Part shown: one piece after another, positions 37,828 to 49,583 of the stretch | Position numbering within the stretch: the stretch's first letter is position 1 | How the letters are laid out: each line of letters begins with the position of its first letter | Translations under genes and position numbers: made by a program | Assembly (NCBI GenBank): GCA_963835345.1 | Contig: CAWIFG010000001.1 | Coordinates: 312,768 to 376,767 of the forward strand | Origin: an uncultured Acidobacteriaceae bacterium | Lineage (GTDB): Bacteria; Acidobacteriota; Terriglobia; Terriglobales; Acidobacteriaceae | Length of the DNA stretch: 64,000 nucleotides | Reading direction: 5' to 3' | The notes under the pieces: generated by a model | Databases searched by the model: none | Seen by the model: only the letters and a program-made list of their open reading frames with translations | What the model was told of the DNA's origin: nothing

Positions 37828-39936
37828 ATGAACGATACTCTGCTCTGGCTCATCCCGACCCTGCCCTTCGCCGGCTTCCTTATCAACGGAACCATCGGCC
37901 GCAAGTTTCCGCGCACGCTTGTGGCAGCCGTCGCGCTGCTCTTCACACTGGTGCCCGCACTCATCGTCTTGAAGCTGTGGCTCTACATGAAGTCGGCTGG
38001 AGCACCGGACCACTTCACCTTGACTGGTGCGCCATGGATCGCCATCAGCGGGTACCAGGTCAACTTCGCCTTCGCGATCGACCACCTCACGCTGATCATG
38101 CTCGGCATTGTCACCGGCGTGGGGTTCCTTATCCACGTCTACTCGGTTGGCTATATGGCGGAGGAAGAGGGCTACTGGCGCTTCTTCGCCTACCTCAACC
38201 TGTTCATGTTCTTCATGCTGGTGCTCGTGCTCGCGGCGAGCTTCCAATTGCTCTTCGTCGGATGGGAAGGCGTCGGCCTCGCCTCCTACCTGCTGATCGG
38301 CTTCTACTTCCGTCGCGACTCCGCCGCCAACGCCGGCAAGAAGGCCTTCATCGTCAACCGCATCGGCGACTTCGGCTTCCTGCTCGCGATGTTCCTCCTC
38401 ATCGCACACTTCGGCTCGCTCGATTTCGCGAACGTCTTCGGTCAGGTAAGCGCTCTGCCTCACGGCCTCACCGGCGGTTTTCTTACGGCGATCTGCCTGC
38501 TGCTGTTCGTCGGAGCCGCGGGCAAGTCCGCGCAGATTCCGCTGTACATCTGGCTGCCGGACGCGATGGAAGGCCCCACACCGGTGTCTGCGCTCATCCA
38601 CGCTGCAACCATGGTCACCGCGGGCGTCTACATGGTTGCGCGCTGCCACGTACTTTTTGACCGCTCACCCTCCGCTCTCGCCGTGGTCGCCATCATCGGT
38701 TGCGCGACAGCATTCTTCGCCGCCACCATCGGTTGCGTGCAGCACGACATCAAGCGCGTGCTCGCCTACTCCACGGTCTCGCAGCTCGGCTACATGTTCC
38801 TCGCCTGCGGGGTGGCCGCTTACTCGGCCGGCATCTTCCACCTGATGACGCACGCGTTCTTCAAGGCGCTGCTCTTCCTTGCGGCGGGTTCAGTCATTCA
38901 CGCTCTCAGCGGTGAGCAGGACATGCGCGTCATGGGCGGTCTGCGCAAGCGCATCCCGATTACCTTCTGGACCATGACCGCTGCGGTTTTTGCCATCTGC
39001 GGCATCTTTCCCTTCGCCGGCTTTTACTCCAAGGACGAGATCCTCTACCGAACCTTTATGGAGGGCGGCGCGCTCGGCTATACGCTGTGGGCCATCGGGC
39101 TCCTCACTGCCGGCATCACGAGCTTCTACATGTTCCGGCTCTGGTTCAAGACCTTCTTCGGCGCGCCGCGGTTTGATGAAGCCGCTCTCGCCCACGGACA
39201 CGGCGCGCACGGAGCATACCAGGAGCCCAACGAAGATCTCGCTTCCGTTCACGCCCGGCGCGAGAGTCACGCGACGATGGTCGCAGAACCGGAGCACGAT
39301 AAAGGCCAGGCCGCACATCCTCACGGCGTGCACGAATCGCCCTGGGTAATGACCGTTCCACTCATCATCCTTGGCATTCTCTCTGTTGTTGGAGGCTGGG
39401 TCGGCGTTCCCGCCGCACTCGGCGGCCATAACGAGTTCGAGCATTTTCTCGAGCCCGTCTTCGCCACGGGCGCGACTGCTGTGCTCCCCGCGCCCGCAAC
39501 TTCGCACGCTCTCGAGCTCTTGCTCGCTGCCATCTCACTGCTGGTCGTCGCCATTGGCTTCTTCGTCGCCTACGCTTTCTACTACCGCAAGCCCGGCACC
39601 GCAGCCACACTTGCCGAACGCTACAAGCCCCTCTACAACCTGCTCGATCACAAGTACTGGGTCGACGAGATCTATGGCCGCCTGATCGTCTCGCCCATCC
39701 TCATGCTGTCCCGGATCGTCCTCGGCGGTCTGGTTGACGGTCTCGTCGTCCAGGGCACCGGCGCCACACTGGCCGGCGGCACGCGCGGGCTCGGCTGGCT
39801 GGCACGCCGTATGCAGTCCGGAAATATTCGCTCCTACGCAGGCTGGCTGGCGTTCGGGGCCGCTATCGTGATCGCTATCGTTCTCTTCGTCGTCCATCCC
39901 GTGCATGCCAACACCGTCGTCATAAACACCCGATGA
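37828..39936 (+). CDS. nuoL: NADH-quinone oxidoreductase subunit L
   Basis: WLPDAMEGPTPVSALIHAATMV. Confidence 0.96.
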   Translation: MNDTLLWLIPTLPFAGFLINGTIGRKFPRTLVAAVALLFTLVPALIVLKLWLYMKSAGAPDHFTLTGAPWIAISGYQVNFAFAIDHLTLIMLGIVTGVGFLIHVYSVGYMAEEEGYWRFFAYLNLFMFFMLVLVLAASFQLLFVGWEGVGLASYLLIGFYFRRDSAANAGKKAFIVNRIGDFGFLLAMFLLIAHFGSLDFANVFGQVSALPHGLTGGFLTAICLLLFVGAAGKSAQIPLYIWLPDAMEGPTPVSALIHAATMVTAGVYMVARCHVLFDRSPSALAVVAIIGCATAFFAATIGCVQHDIKRVLAYSTVSQLGYMFLACGVAAYSAGIFHLMTHAFFKALLFLAAGSVIHALSGEQDMRVMGGLRKRIPITFWTMTAAVFAICGIFPFAGFYSKDEILYRTFMEGGALGYTLWAIGLLTAGITSFYMFRLWFKTFFGAPRFDEAALAHGHGAHGAYQEPNEDLASVHARRESHATMVAEPEHDKGQAAHPHGVHESPWVMTVPLIILGILSVVGGWVGVPAALGGHNEFEHFLEPVFATGATAVLPAPATSHALELLLAAISLLVVAIGFFVAYAFYYRKPGTAATLAERYKPLYNLLDHKYWVDEIYGRLIVSPILMLSRIVLGGLVDGLVVQGTGATLAGGTRGLGWLARRMQSGNIRSYAGWLAFGAAIVIAIVLFVVHPVHANTVVINTR

Positions 39937-41561
39937 ATCTCGATCATTCCATTCTCACGCTGCTCATCCTCACGCCGCTTGTTGGCGCGATCATCGTCGC
40001 GCTGATTCCTGACCGCGAGGACGGCTCGAAGCTGCACCACATCGTCGCGCTCGTCGTGACTGTCCTCACTCTCATCTTTGCGCTGCACCTTCCCGCGCAC
40101 TTCGACTACGCTAGCTTCGGCCGCTTTCAGTTCGAACAGAACACTGATTGGATTGCATCGCCCGCCATCCGCTACCACCTCGGCGTCGACGGCCTGTCGA
40201 TGTGGCTGGTGGTATTGGCTGGCGTCCTTGCTCCGCTCGGCGTGCTCTGCTCGTGGAACGCGATACGATCCCGGTCGCGTCTCTTCTTCTCGCTCTTCCT
40301 GCTCCAGCAGGTCGCGATGATCGGCATCTTCGTCTCGCTTGACCTGTTCCTCTACTACGGTTTCTGGGAGCTCTCGCTGGTTCCAATGGCGCTGCTCATC
40401 GCGACCTTCGGCCGCACCGAGAACCGCCGCCGAGCCGCTATCAAGTTTTTCCTCTACACGTTCATCCCGTCGGCGCTTCTGCTCGTCGGCATGATCTGGC
40501 TTTACGCCCGAACGAATACCTTCGACTTGCCGACCCTGCAAGCACTCGCTCGCCAGCACGCGATCTCGACCAACGGCACCGCTCTCCTGCTTTGCTCGCT
40601 TGCGTTCCTGTTCGCATTCGCCGTCAAGGTTCCTATCTTCCCACTGCATGGCTGGTTATCTGAAGCTGTGCAGGAGGCCCCCACCGCCGCGGTCATGGTG
40701 ATCGCCGGCAAGCTCGGCCTGTACTCCATCCTCCGCTTCAGCTTCAGCATCTTCCCGGATCAGTCCCGCCAGCTCGCTCCCCTGCTCATCGCCCTCGGAG
40801 CCATCGGCATCGTGTACGGCGCACTCATTGCGCTGGTCCAGACTGACCTGAAGAAGCTCGCCTCGTTCGCCACGCTCAGCGCCAACAGCTTCATCGTGCT
40901 CGGCATCTTCACCTTCACGATGGCCGGGCTCGACGGCGGCACCTACCAGATCCTGAACGAGTCACTCATCGGCGCTGCGCTCTTCATCCTCCTCGGCCTT
41001 CTCTACGAGCGTTACGGCACCTACGACATGCGCGACTACGGCGGCCTCGCCGCGCGTCACCCGTGGATGGTCACCTTCTTCGTCATCACCGCACTCGCCG
41101 CCGTCGGCCTTCCCATGCTGTCCGGCTTCGTCGGCGAATTCCTCATCCTCTCCGGCACGATGCAGACCTTCGTCGCCCATCACGTGCTCTGGACCGTCGT
41201 CGGCACGACGGGCGTCATCTTCTCGGCGGCCTACATGCTCTGGATGATTCAGCGCGTCTTCTATGGCTCGCTCGGGCTGCGGCCTGAAGAGGTCCCCGGC
41301 TGGGACGTGAATCCGCGCGAGCACGTAGAGCTCTGGCCGCTGGCTGTGCTCTTCCTCATCATGGGCGTGTTCTCGCCGTACTGGACCAAAGGCATCGAGA
41401 CCTATACAACTGCGATTGCCTCTCGTCAGATCGCATCCCTCCCGGGAGCATCCGCCGTAGACACACCGGCGGCACAACCCACGGTCTTCGTCGATCCCAA
41501 CCTCGGCGCCGCCGCGCTCGGCAAACAGGCTCCGGCCATCAATAAAGGAGCCCACTACTGA
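39933..41561 (+). CDS. nuoM: NADH-quinone oxidoreductase subunit M
   Basis: FAVKVPIFPLHGWL, GLPMLSGFVGEF. Confidence 0.95.
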   Translation: MNLDHSILTLLILTPLVGAIIVALIPDREDGSKLHHIVALVVTVLTLIFALHLPAHFDYASFGRFQFEQNTDWIASPAIRYHLGVDGLSMWLVVLAGVLAPLGVLCSWNAIRSRSRLFFSLFLLQQVAMIGIFVSLDLFLYYGFWELSLVPMALLIATFGRTENRRRAAIKFFLYTFIPSALLLVGMIWLYARTNTFDLPTLQALARQHAISTNGTALLLCSLAFLFAFAVKVPIFPLHGWLSEAVQEAPTAAVMVIAGKLGLYSILRFSFSIFPDQSRQLAPLLIALGAIGIVYGALIALVQTDLKKLASFATLSANSFIVLGIFTFTMAGLDGGTYQILNESLIGAALFILLGLLYERYGTYDMRDYGGLAARHPWMVTFFVITALAAVGLPMLSGFVGEFLILSGTMQTFVAHHVLWTVVGTTGVIFSAAYMLWMIQRVFYGSLGLRPEEVPGWDVNPREHVELWPLAVLFLIMGVFSPYWTKGIETYTTAIASRQIASLPGASAVDTPAAQPTVFVDPNLGAAALGKQAPAINKGAHY

Positions 41562-43084
41562 TGCCCACCTCGCTCCTGTCCATTCTTCCTGAGGTCATCA
41601 TGGTCATCATCGGCGTGATCATCATGCTCGCCGAACCCCTGATCGCGCCCGGCCGCTCGCGCAAGCCACTCGGCTGGCTTGCCATCCTCGGCACCCTCGG
41701 CGCTGGCGCCGCAGCACTGTACCAGCACAGCGTCTTCGGCCAGTTCCAGTGGCGCACCATCAGCGCCTTCTATGGCACCGTCCAAATCGACGACTTCTCG
41801 GTCTTTTTCCATCTCCTGATCGCCGCAATCATTCTCGTCACGCTGCTGGCCACACTCGACTACTTCGAAGGCACGCCGAACAGCCACGCCGGCGAGTTCT
41901 ACGCGCTTATGCTCTTCGGCGCCAGCGGCATGATGTTCATGACCTGCTCGGTCGAGCTCCTGATGGTCTTCATCGGCCTCGAAATCTCTTCGATCTCCAC
42001 CTACATCATGGCCGGCTTCCGCAAAGGCCAGGCCACTGCATCCGAGTCCTCGCTGAAGTACTTCCTCCTCGGCAGCTTCGCGACGGCATTCTTCCTCTAT
42101 GGCATCGCGCTCTGCTTCGGCGCGACCGGTTCAACCTCCATCGCCGCCATCCACAACGGCATCGCGACCACCGCAACGCCTCACCTCGCGATTCTTGCGA
42201 TCGCAATGGTGCTGATCGGCCTCGGCTTCAAGGTCTCGCTCGCTCCGTTTCATGTCTGGACCCCGGATGTCTACCAGGGCGCTCCCGCTCCAGTCGTCGG
42301 AATGATGTCCACAGCGCCAAAGGCCGCTGCCTTCGCCGTCCTTCTGCGCTTCCTTTTCAACGGCATGCCCGCACTGCGGCCGCACTGGATCGTGCTCATC
42401 GAGATCCTCGCCGTCGCCTCGATGTGCATCGGCAACCTGGGGGCCTTAGTCCAAAAAGACGTCAAGCGCCTGCTCGCTTACTCCTCCATCGCGCACGCCG
42501 GCTATCTGCTCGTCGCCTTCAGCTCCACACGCGAGAACGCCATCTCCGCCGCGCTCTTCTATACCGCAGCCTACGCTGCGATGAACGTCGGCGCCTTCCT
42601 CGTCCTTACAGCCGCCTCAGGGTACGACGAAGAGTCGCGCACCATCGACGACTACACGGGCCTCGCGCTCCGCCGCCCGGGCCTCGCCGCGCTTCTCAGC
42701 TTCTTCCTCATTTCACTCATCGGAATTCCCTTCACGGGCGGATTCTTCGGCAAGTTCTATTCCTTTACGGCAGCCATGTACACCGGCCACGTGTGGCTCG
42801 CGGTCATCGGGCTTATCAACTCCGGCATCGCCTGCTTCTACTACCTGCGCCTGCTGGCCGCGCTGTACACGCGTCCTGTCACTGCAACTGAATCAACGCT
42901 GGCCACACGCAGAGTCGCCGTTCCCGCCGGTATCGCGCTCGCGGCAACAGCGCTCGCAACACTGTTCCTCGGCATCGCTCCCGGCCGGGTATTGCATCTC
43001 ACGCAGCGCTCAACGCCTGTCACGCTGCCCGCTCCGCCGGCCCCGAACGCGGAAGCCCTCCAGGTCCCTGCAACCAGCGAGTAA
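41561..43084 (+). CDS. nuoN: NADH-quinone oxidoreductase subunit N
   Basis: FKVSLAPFHVWTPDVYQGAP, KRLLAYSSIAHAG. Confidence 0.96.
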   Translation: MPTSLLSILPEVIMVIIGVIIMLAEPLIAPGRSRKPLGWLAILGTLGAGAAALYQHSVFGQFQWRTISAFYGTVQIDDFSVFFHLLIAAIILVTLLATLDYFEGTPNSHAGEFYALMLFGASGMMFMTCSVELLMVFIGLEISSISTYIMAGFRKGQATASESSLKYFLLGSFATAFFLYGIALCFGATGSTSIAAIHNGIATTATPHLAILAIAMVLIGLGFKVSLAPFHVWTPDVYQGAPAPVVGMMSTAPKAAAFAVLLRFLFNGMPALRPHWIVLIEILAVASMCIGNLGALVQKDVKRLLAYSSIAHAGYLLVAFSSTRENAISAALFYTAAYAAMNVGAFLVLTAASGYDEESRTIDDYTGLALRRPGLAALLSFFLISLIGIPFTGGFFGKFYSFTAAMYTGHVWLAVIGLINSGIACFYYLRLLAALYTRPVTATESTLATRRVAVPAGIALAATALATLFLGIAPGRVLHLTQRSTPVTLPAPPAPNAEALQVPATSE

Positions 43085-43107
43085 CTCCACAACAAAATCA
43101 AACCAAC

Positions 43108-43138
43108 AGAAAGGCCTCCGCATTGCGAAGGCCTTCTT
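43108..43138. terminator. Bidirectional terminator between nuoN and atpE
   Basis: agaaaggcctccgca-t-tgcgaaggccttct. Confidence 0.75.
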
Positions 43139-43156
43139 GCTGCTTGCGTCAAAAAC

Positions 43157-43465
43157 TTAGGGCTTGACCTTCAGGAAGATGATGACGAAGGTAAACAGCG
43201 CCAGCGACTCGATGAACGCGAGACCGAGAATCAGGAAGAGAAAGATTCCGGGGCGTGCGCCAGGGTTGCGGGCCAGTGCCTCAGCCGACGACGCCGTCGC
43301 CCTGCCCTGTCCGATACCGCAGAGTCCAGCCGCGAGGGCCATTCCCAGGCCGGCCGCTAATGGAACCCACTGACCCGCGGCGCTTCCGCCGTTGGACTGC
43401 GCGAAGGCCGGCGAGGCAATCAGCATCGCGGCCAGTGACATAAAGAGATATTGCAGCTTACGCAT
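43157..43465 (-). CDS. atpE: ATP synthase F0 subunit c
   Basis: GIGQG, ARNP, AFIES. Confidence 0.93.
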   Translation of the reverse strand: MRKLQYLFMSLAAMLIASPAFAQSNGGSAAGQWVPLAAGLGMALAAGLCGIGQGRATASSAEALARNPGARPGIFLFLILGLAFIESLALFTFVIIFLKVKP

Positions 43466-43619
43466 TCGTACTCCATGCCCCCGTTATCTCGCCATCAGTG
43501 GGTGGTTGAGGCTCACCTGACTGGCCCCCTCACGCTGAACGGCGGAAGTACCCACCGCGAAGAGGGAGCACCCCTCCGCGGGATCCTTTGAGCGGCAAGC
43601 TTCGCCGCAGAACCTGGTA

Positions 43620-43641
43620 AGTCAGGGCTTTAGCCCTGACT
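43620..43641. repeat. REP-like palindrome, GGGCTAAAGCCC family
   Basis: agtcagggc-ttta-gccctgact. Confidence 0.65.
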
Positions 43642-43656
43642 AGAACGCGCAGCGTT

Positions 43657-44388
43657 CTAATGCTCGTGCGCAACCGCCAGCGCGAGGTAAATCGCTCCCA
43701 GCACCGCGAACACATATGCCTGCACAATCGCCACGCCGAGGTGCAGCCCCAGAAACACCAGCGGAACCCCAATCGGCACCAGCGAGAAGAACGCGATCGT
43801 CAGCAGGTCGCCGGCAAACATGTTCGCGTAAAGACGAACCGTGAGCGAGAGGATACGCGCGAAGTGCGAGATGATCTCAATCGGGAACAGCAGCCAGTAC
43901 AGCCACCACACCGGCCCGAGGAACTGCTTGATGTACGCGCCCTTGTTCACGCGAACGCCGTGGTAGTGGTAGTACAGAAACGTCACGACCGCAAAGCCCA
44001 GCGGCACGGAAGGGTTCGCCGTCGGCGACTCCAACCCCGGAATCAACCCCACCAGATTGCACAGCAGGATGAACAGAAAGAGCGTCGTCAGGTAGCTCGT
44101 AAAGCGCTCGAACCCGTGGCCGATGATCGCCTCGCTCTGCTCCTCGACGCCTTCATTCAGCAGCTCAGCAAGGTGTTGCAGCCCGTTCGGCTTCTCCACG
44201 TTCAGCGAGGCCCGCACGGCTACGAAGTAAACCAGCAGGATCAGGAAGACCAGCAGCTCCATCGCCACTGCATTCGTAATCGGAGCGTTCGCATACGCCG
44301 GCGTAATGTGGAACAGATTAAGCAGCCGGTCCACGGGGCCGGCGAAGGCATGGTTTAGAAGGCGCGTAAACAAAAGCTGCGTCGGCAT
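43657..44388 (-). CDS. atpB: ATP synthase F0 subunit a
   Basis: LSLTVRLYANMFAG, VQAYVF. Confidence 0.95.
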   Translation of the reverse strand: MPTQLLFTRLLNHAFAGPVDRLLNLFHITPAYANAPITNAVAMELLVFLILLVYFVAVRASLNVEKPNGLQHLAELLNEGVEEQSEAIIGHGFERFTSYLTTLFLFILLCNLVGLIPGLESPTANPSVPLGFAVVTFLYYHYHGVRVNKGAYIKQFLGPVWWLYWLLFPIEIISHFARILSLTVRLYANMFAGDLLTIAFFSLVPIGVPLVFLGLHLGVAIVQAYVFAVLGAIYLALAVAHEH

Positions 44389-44487
44389 AGAAAACTTCAA
44401 AAAACCTGTCTCGAAATCTGGTTCTGGAGGCGGTTCGTTGGTCTAGCTTCAGATGCCGCAGGTTTCTGATTCCGATGCCGCAGGCGC

Positions 44488-44895
44488 CTAAACCGTCCAC
44501 GACCTCACCAGCCTCAGCGCCTCGATTGTCAGAGCAACTATCCCTAATGCGAGACCCGCGGCAAGCGCGTAAACAGAACCATCCAGATACCTAAGACTAA
44601 CATAGAGCGCCACAAGTGCGATCCCCAGCCGCATGAAGAAACCCACCAGCACCGTGCCCACCGGACGCGGCGCCACGCCTGCATCCATGCGGCTGATCAC
44701 CACCGCCATCAGCCGCATCCACTCCCACAGCCCGGTCGCTGAAATGGCAGCGCCGACCGCGAGCAGGACCGCACTTTGCCAGCCTAGCTTCCACCACACC
44801 AGCGCCACGCCTGTGACTGCGACGATTGCCAGCAAACGCAGCGCGCGCAACATCGTCTGCCGAACATCCTCGTCGCTCAGTCCAGCCAGCTCCAC
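44488..44895 (-). CDS. atpI: ATP synthase protein I
   Basis: Four TM helices; position upstream of atpB. Confidence 0.75.
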   Translation of the reverse strand: MELAGLSDEDVRQTMLRALRLLAIVAVTGVALVWWKLGWQSAVLLAVGAAISATGLWEWMRLMAVVISRMDAGVAPRPVGTVLVGFFMRLGIALVALYVSLRYLDGSVYALAAGLALGIVALTIEALRLVRSWTV

Positions 44896-44896
44896 T

Positions 44897-45142
44897 TCAG
44901 CTGCCCTTCTTCATGAACTTCGACGCCGTCTGGAAGATCTGCACGAACCCGGCAATCGCGCCCACGATGATTCCAACAATCTGGATCCACTCCGTATGGA
45001 AGTGATGATCCAGCAGCATCCCGACGAACCAGCCGATCAGGCAGCCCGCCGGCAGCGCCAGCGCAAGCTGGACCATCGACTCCGCCTGCACCAGGCTGCC
45101 GAAAACTCCCCCGCCCTTCTTCTTCGTTCCATCATCGGCCAT
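44897..45142 (-). CDS. atpZ: AtpZ/AtpI-family protein
   Basis: IGWFVGMLLDHHFHT; two TM helices. Confidence 0.8.
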   Translation of the reverse strand: MADDGTKKKGGGVFGSLVQAESMVQLALALPAGCLIGWFVGMLLDHHFHTEWIQIVGIIVGAIAGFVQIFQTASKFMKKGS

Positions 45143-45230
45143 CGCCAAACCTTACCATCCGCCCAAGCCGCGCCGCCACTCGCCGATATACTGAAGCTTC
45201 ATACGTCTCCAGCAAAGCGAGCCCTCCAGA

Positions 45231-47093
<1,863 letters not shown>

Positions 47094-47109
47094 CGCGGTC
47101 GATCCAACC

Positions 47110-47409
47110 TCAGTAGGCTTTGCAGTTCTCCCGCTGAATGGGCCCGCCCGCCTTCGCGATGTGGAACATGTACGAACAGTTCACCGTCGCCGCGCCGGTC
47201 GCCGAAGCGCCCTGGTACACATACAGCACGCGCGCGCCCGAGTCATAGACCGTCAGCGCATTATTCAGATCGCTCTTCACAAACTGAAAGCTGAGCTCAC
47301 CAACGGGCGCGCTACTCGCATGCACGGCCGCTCCATCATGCGCCCACCATCCGATCGCCATCGCCGCGAGAACCAGTACGCAATTGCCTAACCAGCTTGA
47401 CGTCTTCAT
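47110..47409 (-). CDS. Small exported hypothetical protein
   Basis: AAAGGAGG RBS, signal peptide, two Cys. Confidence 0.7.
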   Translation of the reverse strand: MKTSSWLGNCVLVLAAMAIGWWAHDGAAVHASSAPVGELSFQFVKSDLNNALTVYDSGARVLYVYQGASATGAATVNCSYMFHIAKAGGPIQRENCKAY

Positions 47410-47472
47410 ACGCCTCCTTTGTGAAGAAGTTCGAATGATAAACGTAACGTGCGCTGATGCGTTACTCGCGAA

Positions 47473-48627
47473 TCACGCAGTCCTCTTCGCGTACCCCATC
47501 TCCTGGCGCTGTGCCTCTTTGATAAATCCTTCCAGCACCCTCGCCACGCGCGCAACACCCTCCACCATCCGCGCACGCTCAATCTCTCCACCAAGCGCCA
47601 GTCGCAGGCCATGCCGATACTCCGGCGCCGCCGCGCACCACTGCCCATTCGTTACCATTACATCTTCTGACTTGATCGCGCCCTCGATATCACTCGGCTC
47701 CACGTCCTCCGGCAGCCGGACCCACACGTGCCACGCCGCCTTCGCTCCCGGCGCGCACAGTCTTCCCAGCGCCGCACGCGCAGCCTTGTTTCGCTCGCGT
47801 CCCTCCGCGCGCTTGGCCTGCATCACCTCATCCAGCACGCCTTCCTCGCACATCTTCAGCGCCGCCATATTCTGCGGCACATCCGTTCCCGTCGCCGTGC
47901 AGCGCAACGCCGCCTCAATCGACGCCGCCGCATTCTCTGGCGCAATCAGAAATCCCGTCCGCACACCCGGCGCTAGGCTCTTCGCCAATCCGCGCACATA
48001 GTACGTGCGCTCCGGCGCGAGCTCCGCATAACTCGCCGGCGCATTCTCCTCCATAAACCCGTACGCATCGTCCTCAATGATCGTCAGTTGAAACTCGCGC
48101 GCAATCTCCACGATCTCCACCCGCCGCTGCTCCGGCGTCACAAATCCCAGCGGATTCTGCACCGTCGGCATCGTAAAGATTCCGTGCACCGGCTCCAGTT
48201 CCTGCCGCTTGCGTTCGCACAGCTCCCGCAGCGCCTCCGGCACAATGCCCTCGTCATCCACCAGGCAGGCGACCACCGACGTCTTCGTCATCCAGCACTG
48301 ATCCAGAAATCCCGGATACGTATTGCCCTCGACCGCAACGCGCGTTCCTGCAAGCCCCGAAGCCATCAGCGCATTCAGCGTTCCGTGATGTCCGCCGCAC
48401 GTCATCCACACACGGCTCAACGGATAGCCCAGCCACTTCGCCGCACGCTCCCGCAGCTTCGGCTCAACAGTTCGAAACGATGGCCGCAACGACTCAACAG
48501 GCTGCGAGCCAGACTCAGCAAAGGCTGCCGCCAGATAGCGCGACCATATCTCCTGCTGACCGGGTAGAAGGGGGAAGTTCCACACCAGGTCGATCATGTC
48601 TCTAAGTTTGTCACTCTTTCTCGCCAA
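47473..48627 (-). CDS. PLP-dependent aminotransferase class I/II (MocR-like, no HTH)
   Basis: PTVQNPLG, IIEDDAY, GLAKSLAPGVRTG. Confidence 0.88.
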   Translation of the reverse strand: MARKSDKLRDMIDLVWNFPLLPGQQEIWSRYLAAAFAESGSQPVESLRPSFRTVEPKLRERAAKWLGYPLSRVWMTCGGHHGTLNALMASGLAGTRVAVEGNTYPGFLDQCWMTKTSVVACLVDDEGIVPEALRELCERKRQELEPVHGIFTMPTVQNPLGFVTPEQRRVEIVEIAREFQLTIIEDDAYGFMEENAPASYAELAPERTYYVRGLAKSLAPGVRTGFLIAPENAAASIEAALRCTATGTDVPQNMAALKMCEEGVLDEVMQAKRAEGRERNKAARAALGRLCAPGAKAAWHVWVRLPEDVEPSDIEGAIKSEDVMVTNGQWCAAAPEYRHGLRLALGGEIERARMVEGVARVARVLEGFIKEAQRQEMGYAKRTA

Positions 48628-48696
48628 ATTCCCTCAAAAAACGCTATCTAGCTGACTCGCTAACTTGCTGCTTCGCTAGCCATATAAACTCGTCGA

Positions 48697-49505
48697 GTGA
48701 AGATTCTGTTTGTAGGCGACATATTTGGCTCCGCCGGCCGCCACATTGCACACGAACACATTCCGCATCTCGTTGAAACACACGCCGTTGACCTCCTCAT
48801 CATCAACGGCGAAAACGCCGCCGGCGGCTTCGGCCTCACACCCGCCATCGCGGAAGAGCTCTTCGATCTCGGCGCGCACGTCATCACCACCGGCAATCAC
48901 ATCTGGGACAAGAAAGAGATCTTCGAATACATCGCAGTGCCTGAAAACTCGCACGTGCGCGGCCGCCGCGTCATTCGTCCCGCGAACTATGCGCACGGCA
49001 CGCCCGGCTTCGGCTTCTACGAGGGCATGCTGCCCAACGGCCCCGCCTACGCCGTCATCAACCTGCAGGGCCGCGTCTTCATGTCCTCCTGCGACGATCC
49101 CTTCCGCAAGGCCGACGACCTCCTCACCAAGATCGCGAGCAAAGTCCGGCGCACGCGTCATCCTCCTCGACTTCCACGCCGAAGCCACCAGCGAAAAGGT
49201 CGCCCTCGGCTGGTATCTCGACGGCCGCGTCACCGCCGTGCTCGGCACACACACCCACATCCCCACCGCCGATGAACGCGTGCTCCCCAACGGCACCGCC
49301 TTCCAGACCGACGTCGGCATGAGCGGCCCCTACGATTCTGTGATCGGTGTCGAAACCGAGCATGGTCCTCAAGCGCTTCCTCACCGGCATGCCCGGCAAG
49401 TTCGAAGCCGCCAAGGGCAACCCGAAACTCTGCGCCACACTCATCGACTGCGACGGCGCAACCGGCCGCGCCCGCTCCGTGCAGCGCATCATGCTCGGCG
49501 AGTAG
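48697..49505 (+). CDS. ymdB: YmdB/TIGR00282 metallophosphoesterase (frameshifted, probable errors)
   Basis: [31 protein letters not shown]. Confidence 0.9.
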
Positions 49506-49528
49506 CGCTCTGCCTTGCTTTGCTTTCC

Positions 49529-49548
49529 GTCATCCCCGAAGGGGATCG
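49529..49548. repeat. REP-like palindrome, GTCAT family
   Basis: gtcatccccgaaggggatcg; the flank ctttccgtcat is shared with 1314-1323. Confidence 0.55.
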
Positions 49549-49583
49549 CTTCTGTCAGATAGCAGCTCGGCTAAACTCGACAC

